This document shows positions 30,333-39,600 of a stretch of 64,000 nt of DNA, piece after piece. Under the pieces are notes generated by a model. The model saw only the letters and a list, made by a program, of their open reading frames with translations. It did not search any database and was not told the origin of the DNA. Position numbers and translations under genes: made by a program. Every line of letters starts with the position of its first letter. Position 1 is the stretch's first letter. Origin of the DNA: Promethearchaeota archaeon. Lineage in GTDB: Archaea; Asgardarchaeota; Lokiarchaeia; Sigyniarchaeales; SOKP01. The stretch is from NCBI GenBank assembly GCA_019057865.1, contig JAHLWP010000004.1, positions 32,001 to 96,000 on the forward strand, in the 5' to 3' direction.

Positions 30333-31099
30333 ATTGGAATTTTTTTTTGCAACTTCTTCATAATTTTTTTGAAATGAAACTTATAGATGTTATATATAAA
30401 TTGGTATAATTTTGAATTACCAAATAATCTATATTTTAATAATACTAAAGCACCTTCAATTCCATCAAAATAATTTATTTTAGCAAAACCGTATCTACGA
30501 ATATTATATCTTATTGGACATTCTTTTATTTGGTAACCTTTTAAAATAATTTGTGATGTAATTTCTGGTTCAAATTCAAATTCTCTTGCATTAAGTTTTA
30601 TATCATCTAAAACTTTTTTAGTAAATAATTTATAACCTGTTTCCATATCCGTTAAATTCACACAAAAAAGAAAGTTTGTTAATTTAGTGAGTAAAATATT
30701 ACCTAATAAATGAGATTTAGACATTATTTTAGGTTTTGTGAAAAATCTAGAACCATAAACTACCTCAACCTCTTTAGTTAAAATAGGTTCTAAAAGTTTA
30801 GGAATATCTGAAGGATCATACTCGAGATCTGCGTCTTGGATAATAAAAATATTTCCATTCGCATATTTTAATCCTATCCTAATAGCTACACCTTTTCCTT
30901 GATTTTCTGGTAATCTAATAAAAGTAACTTTTTTAGTAACTATCTCTTCTGAGATTATTTCTTTATGATTTATTCTTGAACCATCATCTACCACTATAAT
31001 TTCATGATCGATGGGAAAATCTACTTTTAAAAGAGATTTAATTAATGGTTTAAGAGTTTTTTCTTCATTATAACATGGTATAATAATGCTTAATTTCAA
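30329..31099 (-). CDS. GT2 glycosyltransferase (polyprenol-phosphate sugar synthase-like)
   Basis: IIPCYNEE, VDDGS, NQGKG, QDADLEY, YGSRF, TDMETGYK. Confidence 0.92.
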   Translation of the reverse strand: MKLSIIIPCYNEEKTLKPLIKSLLKVDFPIDHEIIVVDDGSRINHKEIISEEIVTKKVTFIRLPENQGKGVAIRIGLKYANGNIFIIQDADLEYDPSDIPKLLEPILTKEVEVVYGSRFFTKPKIMSKSHLLGNILLTKLTNFLFCVNLTDMETGYKLFTKKVLDDIKLNAREFEFEPEITSQIILKGYQIKECPIRYNIRRYGFAKINYFDGIEGALVLLKYRLFGNSKLYQFIYNIYKFHFKKIMKKLQKKIPI

Positions 31100-31188
31100 T
31101 TTATGTCAATTATTTTTATTTTTCTCTCTTTATTTAGAAATTAAAAAAGATTTTAAATTTTTATTGATTATGGACCAATTCAATTTCT

Positions 31189-32454
31189 TTAAATATAATT
31201 TTGTTCTGATATTTGAATACTACAAGGAAGTAATGCAGCTTTTGGTGAATTTCCATAATTTTTTTCTAACTCTCTTAACAATTTCTCCCAATCATGGTAT
31301 AATTTTATAGATTTAGGAAGGAAATGGTATAAATCTGCTTTGCTTATATTTGGCGAAAAGAAAAATACTTTTCTCTTTTTTATGAAAACTTTCCAGATTA
31401 ATCCTTTTTCAAAATTGTTTCCAAAATTATGAAATAGTATAGAACCAGTTTCAGCTAATAAACTATGATATCCCCTTCCCTCATATGATGATGACATCAA
31501 AATTATTGCACCATTTTTATCCAAAATTTCTCTAGGAGCTGTCATTAAAAAATTAAATCCTTTAATTGCTTGATTTAATTCTGAATCTTCAGGATACAAG
31601 TTGAAAAAGCATATATGGTTTCCAATAGAAACTTTTGTTTTATAAAATTCTTTACCTAATTCTATTGCTTTTCTATGAGCTTCCTTAAAATGACCAGAAA
31701 ATATCCCACAAATTTCACCAATCTCGTTGAGTATAACATTAATAGAAAAGTCTAAACCTATAGTTTCAACAATATCTTCTATGTCTTCTCTTATCTTTGT
31801 AACTTTTCCAATGCCTCCACCGAAGGATCCAGATTTAAATCCAGCAGAATGATTAGCTTCAAGAGTTCGTATTCCACATACACCTGGCAGCACAATTTTC
31901 GCCCCTCCCCCAAATCCCGCTAGGATGTGAGGGATAACTCCTCCAATAGCAATTCTTAAATCAGAGTTATAATAAGTTCTATTTACTTCTATTGGTGTTC
32001 CGATTTTTGATTCACCTAAATTAATTAAATTTTCATAAGGATGATGGTTTTCAATATTGAAATTCTCAACTACATATTTCCCTAATTTTAAGATGCAATC
32101 ATGTCTATTCATCGGTTTATGAGCGCCAATAGCTAGAAGAATTGTAATTTGTTCCTTGTTTATACCAACTTTATCTAATTCTCCCAAAATATGAGGTAGG
32201 ATTTTGTATATGGGAGTTGTTCTTGTCATATCATCCACAACTATAACTATTTTTTCTTTGTTTTTTGCTAATTCCGACAATTTTGGAGTAGCTATAGGAT
32301 TAAGTATTGAATTTCTAATTTTTTCATCAGTTAATTCTGGAGCATCAGCACCTTTCATTTTAAATATACTTATATCCCAAGAATCTGGAAAGGTTAAATC
32401 TAAATATTTAGGTTCCCTCCATGCTGCCCAAGGTACTTTAAAAGTTTTTGTCAT
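31189..32454 (-). CDS. LarA family nickel-pincer-dependent 2-hydroxyacid racemase
   Basis: DDMTR, GAH, PH..AGFGGGAK..LPG, NH, KG; substrate unknown. Confidence 0.85.
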   Translation of the reverse strand: MTKTFKVPWAAWREPKYLDLTFPDSWDISIFKMKGADAPELTDEKIRNSILNPIATPKLSELAKNKEKIVIVVDDMTRTTPIYKILPHILGELDKVGINKEQITILLAIGAHKPMNRHDCILKLGKYVVENFNIENHHPYENLINLGESKIGTPIEVNRTYYNSDLRIAIGGVIPHILAGFGGGAKIVLPGVCGIRTLEANHSAGFKSGSFGGGIGKVTKIREDIEDIVETIGLDFSINVILNEIGEICGIFSGHFKEAHRKAIELGKEFYKTKVSIGNHICFFNLYPEDSELNQAIKGFNFLMTAPREILDKNGAIILMSSSYEGRGYHSLLAETGSILFHNFGNNFEKGLIWKVFIKKRKVFFFSPNISKADLYHFLPKSIKLYHDWEKLLRELEKNYGNSPKAALLPCSIQISEQNYI

Positions 32455-32566
32455 GGTAATTATATCATCATTTATATTTTTATTTTTAAAAATCTTAATT
32501 TGCTATTAATAAAGTTAAATATTGATTATTTTATATGTTTTAAAATAAATTAAATTATGAGATGCT

Positions 32567-33028
32567 ATGATTGACAAAAATGAAAATAGAATTTCTAAGG
32601 ATGATTATTTTATGAAAATTGCTGAAGTTGTATCGCTTAGATCTACTTGTATAAGGAGAAAAGTAGGAGCTGTTTTAGTAAAGGATTCCCACATTTTGTC
32701 TACTGGTTATAATGGAGCCCCAGCAAGTTTTAAACATTGTACTCCTGAAACATGTGTTCGAAAAAACTTAAAAAGTGGTGAAAAACCTGAATTATGTAGA
32801 GGTTTACATGCTGAGATCAATTGTATTATCCAAGCTGCGATTCATGGAACTTCAATAAAGGGTGATACGACAATTTACAGTACAATTTTTCCTTGTATGA
32901 GCTGTTTAAAATTGTTAATTAATGCCGGGATTAATAGATTAGTATATAAAGAAGGATACGCTATGGAAAATAAAGTAAAAGAAAATCTTTTAAAGGAATC
33001 TAATTTAATCGTACAGAAGTTTCGGTAA
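32567..33028 (+). CDS. dCMP deaminase family protein
   Basis: RSTC.RRKVGA, STGYNG, HAE.N, PCxxC. Confidence 0.92.
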   Translation: MIDKNENRISKDDYFMKIAEVVSLRSTCIRRKVGAVLVKDSHILSTGYNGAPASFKHCTPETCVRKNLKSGEKPELCRGLHAEINCIIQAAIHGTSIKGDTTIYSTIFPCMSCLKLLINAGINRLVYKEGYAMENKVKENLLKESNLIVQKFR

Positions 33029-33063
33029 GTCTTTTTTTGCTTGAAGAAAGTTATCAAATTAAC

Positions 33064-34293
33064 TTAAGAATACCATTTTTCCTTAGCTATTCTTTTTCTT
33101 GTTATTTCTCCTTGTTCAGGTGTAATTTTATCTCTAAGAGCCTGATTACAAATTTGTTTTCCAATGATGACTTTTGGATTATTTGCCCAATTTACATCAA
33201 TTAACAAGCAAAGATAATATACAGATGATAAAATAAACGATATAAGATGCCCCATATTTTTTTCTAAGGGATTATCGATAGATATCTCTGCTGTTGGTAC
33301 TCCTTGCTGAATTAAAGCTTGAAACGTAGCATCTGCTTGATAATTTACAACATTCTGAGCACTTTGATCATTAATATATGGAATAGTTGAAGTTAAAACA
33401 AGATTAGGATTTTCATTTTTTACTGTCCATACTATAGGGATCACAATACCTTTAGTTCCACCTAATAAAAATTCTAACACAGAATGTTGACAGATGGGAG
33501 CTGATTGATATGTTCCTATCATACCTCTTTCATCCTTTCCCGTACTTTCGGATACTCCTTGAACCCATAATCCAACACTTCCCTCAAGATTTTTAGAATA
33601 TGGCATTGAAAATACAACTTTATATCCTTTCTTATATAAATTAAAAAGGAATGCTGCAAATTCTAAGGCAGGATTATTATCATAATTAGAAAAATTATTA
33701 TACCCCTCTTCTAATCCTTTTAAAAAATTCTCAATATTTATACCAGAAATATATGCAGGAACAATACCAACATTTGTAACTGAGCCTGCATAACGACCAG
33801 AAAGATCGGGAACATCTAAAATAGGACAATCTATTTCTTTTAATATATTATTCATAGTTCCCATGGATGAGAGCCCTAAAAATTTATACCCTCTCCTAAC
33901 AAAAATTCCAATTGTAGAATTAATGTCTAGAGTTTCTCCACCTCTCGATATTGGTATTACAATAGAATTTTCAGGTGAAGTTTTTTCCAAACAACCCTTC
34001 AATTCTACTGCTCTTGAACTTGGAACTGGATATATCTTTTTTTTAGATAAATGCTTAAGTGCTAATAATGTTTGTATTGAGCCACCAGTACCTAATACAA
34101 TTACATTTTTGATATTTTCACTCAAGAATGGTTTAGTTATTGTTTTTATCTTATCCATATCCAGATGGGATTTTGTATCGAAGAAAAATGGAGAATCCCA
34201 CTTATCTTTGTTTTTTTTAATGATGTCCATTGCTTCTTTTAGAAGCCCATCATTTATTTTTGGATAATATTCTAATTTTAGATTTAAATTCAA
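33064..34293 (-). CDS. divergent glucose-6-phosphate isomerase family (double SIS) protein
   Basis: LGTGGS, SRGGET, GRY, ESTGK, QHS; TTG start 8 nt after GGTG. Confidence 0.7.
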   Translation of the reverse strand: MNLNLKLEYYPKINDGLLKEAMDIIKKNKDKWDSPFFFDTKSHLDMDKIKTITKPFLSENIKNVIVLGTGGSIQTLLALKHLSKKKIYPVPSSRAVELKGCLEKTSPENSIVIPISRGGETLDINSTIGIFVRRGYKFLGLSSMGTMNNILKEIDCPILDVPDLSGRYAGSVTNVGIVPAYISGINIENFLKGLEEGYNNFSNYDNNPALEFAAFLFNLYKKGYKVVFSMPYSKNLEGSVGLWVQGVSESTGKDERGMIGTYQSAPICQHSVLEFLLGGTKGIVIPIVWTVKNENPNLVLTSTIPYINDQSAQNVVNYQADATFQALIQQGVPTAEISIDNPLEKNMGHLISFILSSVYYLCLLIDVNWANNPKVIIGKQICNQALRDKITPEQGEITRKRIAKEKWYS

Positions 34294-34561
34294 AAAAATT
34301 TCACCACCAACTTTAATAGATTTGCTAATAAAATTATATAATCCTATTTTATTTTTATTATTTTATTTTAGGAAAAAGAAGATAGATGATCAAACTTAAA
34401 TTTTCCTTATTATTGTCGTTCTTTACCCATAAATTCTCAAAATAAAAATTTAAAAACCAGAACTCTATTTCACTTAAAATATCGAGCTATATAACCTTAC
34501 TTATATAATATTCATCTATAAAAATTACACTAAAATTTTTTTCTCTTTTATGTGATTTACT

Positions 34562-35815
34562 ATGGCAAAAGCTAGAGAAATAAAAAATGGAAATGGAAAT
34601 AGCATGGAAATCAACAAGCCTTACTATTGTACTGAATGTAAGCGTAATCATACAAAAGGCAAAATATATAAAGAACATCTCAGGTTTGCAAATTCTGAAG
34701 ATAATAATGAAGAACTTATTAATGATGAGAATGCAGAGTCAGAATTTGAGAATTCAGAGTCAGAATTTGAGAATTATGATGATGATGCAGAAATTATCGA
34801 AGCCTTTAATGAATTAGAAGAAGAAACCAATTCTGATGTTGAGAATTTCTCTAATAATGATAATGATATAAATAATTGTGTCGAAGCAGTAAAAAATCTC
34901 CCCGGAGTAGGAGAAGCTACTCTCAATAAACTAATTAAAGCAGGTTTTAATTCATTAGAATCAATAGCATTTACACCTCCCTCAATCATACAAGAAGAAA
35001 GTGGTCTAGGAGAAAAAACAACAACAAAACTGATTAAAGTATCTATGGAAAAACTTAATATAGGATTTAAATCTGCCGTAGATGTATGGGAACATCGAAA
35101 AAACATTGCCAAAGTTACTACAGGGAGCCAAGAATTAGATGATTTATTAGGTGGAGGGGTTGAGACTGGCAGTGTTATTGAATTTTATGGGGAATTTAGG
35201 ACTGGAAAAACTCAAATTATGCATCAATTATGTGTAAATGTTCAGTTACCTCGAGAAAAAGGTGGTCTTGAAGGAAATGCATTATATATTGATACAGAGG
35301 GAACATTTCGACCTGAAAGAATAATACAAATGGCTGAGGCTCACGATCTTGATCATAATAAAGTTTTAAAAAATATAGTGTTTGGTCGTGCTTATAATTC
35401 AGATCATCAAATACTTTTAATTAAAGAAGCAGCAAATTTAATTAAAGAAAAAAATATAAAAATAATTGTAGTAGACTCTTTAATAGGACACTTTAGGAGT
35501 GAATATATTGGCAGAGGCACCCTAGCAACTCGACAACAAACACTCAATTCTCATCTACATGATCTATTAAGAATATGTGATATATATCCTGAATTAGGAG
35601 TTGTTTTAACGAATCAAGTTCAATCAAAACCTGACGTTTTTTATGGAAATCCAATAAGAGCTACAGGTGGAAATATTGTAGCACATGGATCAACTATTAG
35701 GGTTTATTTAAGAAAAGGAAAAGGTGAACAGAGGATTGCAAAAGTTGTTGATGCCCCTCATCTGCCAGAAGGAGAAGCTATCTTCAGTATTACTGGAAGT
35801 GGTATAACAGATTAA
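34562..35815 (+). CDS. radA: DNA recombinase RadA with N-terminal Zn-finger/acidic extension
   Basis: HhH LPGVGEAT, FxxA (GFKSA), Walker A GEFRTGKTQ, YIDTEGTFRPER, VVDS, RGTLATRQQ. Confidence 0.95.
   Translation: MAKAREIKNGNGNSMEINKPYYCTECKRNHTKGKIYKEHLRFANSEDNNEELINDENAESEFENSESEFENYDDDAEIIEAFNELEEETNSDVENFSNNDNDINNCVEAVKNLPGVGEATLNKLIKAGFNSLESIAFTPPSIIQEESGLGEKTTTKLIKVSMEKLNIGFKSAVDVWEHRKNIAKVTTGSQELDDLLGGGVETGSVIEFYGEFRTGKTQIMHQLCVNVQLPREKGGLEGNALYIDTEGTFRPERIIQMAEAHDLDHNKVLKNIVFGRAYNSDHQILLIKEAANLIKEKNIKIIVVDSLIGHFRSEYIGRGTLATRQQTLNSHLHDLLRICDIYPELGVVLTNQVQSKPDVFYGNPIRATGGNIVAHGSTIRVYLRKGKGEQRIAKVVDAPHLPEGEAIFSITGSGITD
34726..34775 (+). repeat. 21-bp in-frame tandem repeat (~2.4 copies) in the radA extension
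   Basis: TGAGAATgCAGAGTCAGAATT TGAGAATtCAGAGTCAGAATT TGAGAATT, encoding ENAESEF ENSESEF EN. Confidence 0.9.
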
Positions 35816-35841
35816 TTCATAAAAAGAGTATTAAATTAATT

Positions 35842-36411
35842 TTATATTTTTATTTTCCACCCTTCTTTCTGTGTGAATTGTATTTTATCATCTTTATCCA
35901 TTTGATTAATTAGAAGAGAAATCATTTTCTCAGATACAGTTATTTTTCCATCAACTGCTCTCTCTAAGACTTTATCAATTAATACTTTTAATGATTTCAC
36001 TGATTTCTCCCTATAGAGAATCCTAAAGATTGTTTTTTCCACATATTCTCTTATTTTCACTGGAATGGTTAAAGCTTCTTTTCTTTTTGGCATAGGAGGA
36101 GTCTTAATGATTTCATCTTTAGGCTTTTCATACTCAACAACAATTGTTTTTACTCCTACTTTTTTTGTGCTTTTTTGTACTTCATCAAATTTTATAGCTG
36201 ATTTCTCTTTTCTACTATTTTTAAAATCTTTTTCTTCAATCTCAATTTTATCATTAGGTTTAGTTGTAGTAATAGATTCTACAGTCGAGATTTCATCTTT
36301 TTTCAATTGTTTTTCTTTTTTGCTTTTCCTTTTTCTTACAAAACTAACTATAACTATATTGATAATAAGATAAATATCAATTAAAACTAGATTTGGAAGT
36401 TGTAGAAAGAT
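35842..36411 (-). CDS. single-pass membrane protein with basic linker and C-terminal winged-helix-like domain
   Basis: Frame is open 35 codons upstream of the track's TTG (36306), giving (M)FLQLPNLVLIDIYLIINIVIVSFVRKRKSKK; ATC at 36411 lies 8 nt after AAGGTG. Confidence 0.65.
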   Translation of the reverse strand: MFLQLPNLVLIDIYLIINIVIVSFVRKRKSKKEKQLKKDEISTVESITTTKPNDKIEIEEKDFKNSRKEKSAIKFDEVQKSTKKVGVKTIVVEYEKPKDEIIKTPPMPKRKEALTIPVKIREYVEKTIFRILYREKSVKSLKVLIDKVLERAVDGKITVSEKMISLLINQMDKDDKIQFTQKEGWKIKI

Positions 36412-36664
36412 TGCTACTTCACCTTGTTATAATTTTAAAAATAAAATTTTGTCTCATGTTGGATATATAATAAAGATATTTCAAGAGATAATATTACTAC
36501 TTCTTTTAAGTAATTATTCCAATTTAATTTTATATATAAAATAAAGAATTTCATCTTAATTAAAATTTAGAATACAAGTATAAGATTGAGATTAATCAAA
36601 TAAGTTAAGACTATTCCAAGATTAAGATTTTAAAATAAAAAGAAAAAAATTTTTAAAAAAATTT

Positions 36665-39600
36665 TTATATTAATTTTTCATATTCCTTAGATTTATTTGA
36701 TAATCTTTTTACTTCTTTTGTCATTCCAGTCACGCCTAATTTAAAGATTTCGGATGCTATTCTTGAAGCCATTCTAAATTTTTGAGTAGCTTCAGAGTAA
36801 TGTTCTTCTTTAGCTGCTAATTTTGCTCCCTTCTCTAGTTTCTTCATTTTTGCTTTAAAATCTACAATTTTTGTCCTGCGGATAAGGTCTTCTAATTCTT
36901 CAAATTCTTTTTGTATTTCCCAATTTGTAGCTATCATTAGAGCATTTTGGTAAATGGTAATAACTTTGTCATAATCGTTCTCTTTCATTGCTAAAGCAGC
37001 ATTCTTCTTCAAGTTTTTAATCTCTTTTTTAGCTGATTTTAGATTTTCTATTTTTACTACACCCACTTTCATAGGTGCAGATACAATTTCTTGGCGTTCC
37101 ATTATACTGGCAAAGTAAGCTTCTCTTTCAGCAGGACCCATTTGAGCTAGATCATTAACAAGTTTTTGTTTTTCCTCAGGAGATAAACTAATTAATCCCG
37201 CTACCTTTTGGCTAATAAGATTTAATTCTTGCTGGGAAATAGGTCGGGCTTCAATAGTGGAGATCTCTATTGGCATTAGGATTTTATTATCTCTTAATTC
37301 TTTAATCCCACTGAAAATTTCAGCTGTATCTTTTTTGGTTCTTTCAGTAGCTTCTTTCAAAAGAGTTGCGATAAAAAAGAAATCTCTTTCTGCTTCTTCG
37401 CAGCAACTGTGAGCAATTTTTAAAACATCCTTTGAATGGGATGTTTTAAGACTTTTTACATCTGAAAATTCATATGTAATCTTATGAGGTAAAATTATTG
37501 AAGTATTAAAGATCTCATCAACAAATACTCCAGCATTTCTGAAAAAATTTAATTGCCCTCTCCAATTTGGAAGCTCACTTTCGTAAGTTTTTCCAAAAGC
37601 TGCAATAAATTCGGTTAGATGTTTACGTAAGATTATTGATGCTTTCTTACTTAACACCAAGGCAACTCTAATATATTCACCATCAGCTAGTAATAACATT
37701 TTATCACCATAAGTTATTTCATTTAACGCTTTCTGAGCCACCATTTCTTTCCCGAATGAAGATACTGCAGAAATGAAACCACTGATTAACTCAGGGTCAA
37801 TCGCCTCTGAACCAAAAGATTTGAAGTATACACATGTTCCTGTTCCCTTGTATAAAACTAAAATGTGTTCTAAATTAATTGCATCATCAAATATAGTTCT
37901 AACTTCAGTTAAAACCCTCTTCTTTTCCCGTTTCTTAGGAACAACTAATCCCCGATAAATAGCAACTGAACCTGCACCCACTGCTGCTACTGCTCCAATA
38001 ATAATTATATATGGCATGAAATCCTCTAAACGCAATCCCGCGTCAAAAGGGATAACTTTAAAACCTTGAACATTAAGTGAATCACTTTTATAATAAAAAG
38101 TACTATCCACATTTACAGTTAATGTAATATTTCTCGCGTTATTTGGAATAGTTATTTCAAAATATACATAACTACCTAAATTTGTATTATTAAAGAGAGG
38201 ACTTGCAGGATTACCATCGATAAAGGGAATTAATTCAACATTAACATTACTTAAAGGAATCCAATCTGTTCCGTCATATAATTCTATAAAGAATGAAATT
38301 GTGAATGAATCACCAGCATTAACATCAAATGGTCTATTATAAATTGAAATATTAATGTCTAGTTTATCCTTAACGATTGCATAAAAAACAAATGTAGTAT
38401 TTTCATAATTTTTTCTAACTAATAAAATTTCTATTGAATAATCACCAATAGCCAAATTTTGAGTAGTTAAACTACCTATATGAGTTCCGAAGCTAGGAGT
38501 ATCATAAACAAAATCAAATGTATGAGATAGTACACCATTTATAGAGCTATTATCAAGATTTTCATAAGTAACAATATAATAGTCAGCATCTCCGAGAATT
38601 ATAGTATCACCAAATTCTGCCTCTGTGTAATTAAACTCTAAATTGATATTACTACCAATGTAAAATGTAAAATTATTTATGGGTCCTAATGGAGTTAAAA
38701 CACCTCCTGGATCAGTAACTGAAATTAAACCTATTTTTGCATAATTACCCCTTAAATAGAATGTAACATAAGCATAGCTTAGATCATAATTAGGAAAATC
38801 AGATACCCTTATTTCTAATGTATACCAACCAGCATCTAGACCATTTGTGCTAACATCTAAAATATAGGTTCCATTATTCCATGGATTATTTAGACTCCAA
38901 TTAAAATCTCCAGTATCCCATATATTTCCCGTAACATTATTTCTTACTATAACATCCTCCGTGGTAAGATTTAAAACTGGTTCGTTATTAGTTGTGTCAT
39001 TAAAGTAAAATGAAATAGATTGGTTTAATCCAGAATGTCTAGCAATTGTTGAAAGCCAAGAAAGATTGACTATGTTCGTATTGATAACATTAACTTCAAT
39101 AGTTATGTTTAATACTTGAGTTTCATTCCCTATTGCGGAGATATTAAACATAAAAATATAAGGTGAACCAGACACATCCACATAACTAGTGTCAAAATGC
39201 ATTGTATAATCACCATCTCCGTTATTAGCTAAGTATGTGATAAAGTTATAAGAAGGGCTGATCCGTTCCCATGTGGCTTCATTAATAGGATTTCCTAATG
39301 TATCTGAATAATCAAAACTGTAGCTAACATTTAATCCTCGCATCACTGGACCTAGACTGGCATTATTAGAAGGAGTAATAATAGTAGTTATTTGCCTATG
39401 AATTGTCAACAATATAGATAAATTTTTATAGTTTGTTTTTGAAGCGTTAAATATTAAATCAATAAAACCAAATTGATTAAAATCAGAATGACCCGCATAA
39501 ATTTCAATATTATACCTTCCACTTCCAATATAAGTGATATTATCTCCTCTATAATTATTTCCTTCATTAAGACTATACACTACTGTAGCTCCAGGGATTC

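Noticed and set aside
34487-34817. Small ORFs overlapping the radA 5' region
   Set aside because: Alternative-frame products of the low-complexity acidic linker.
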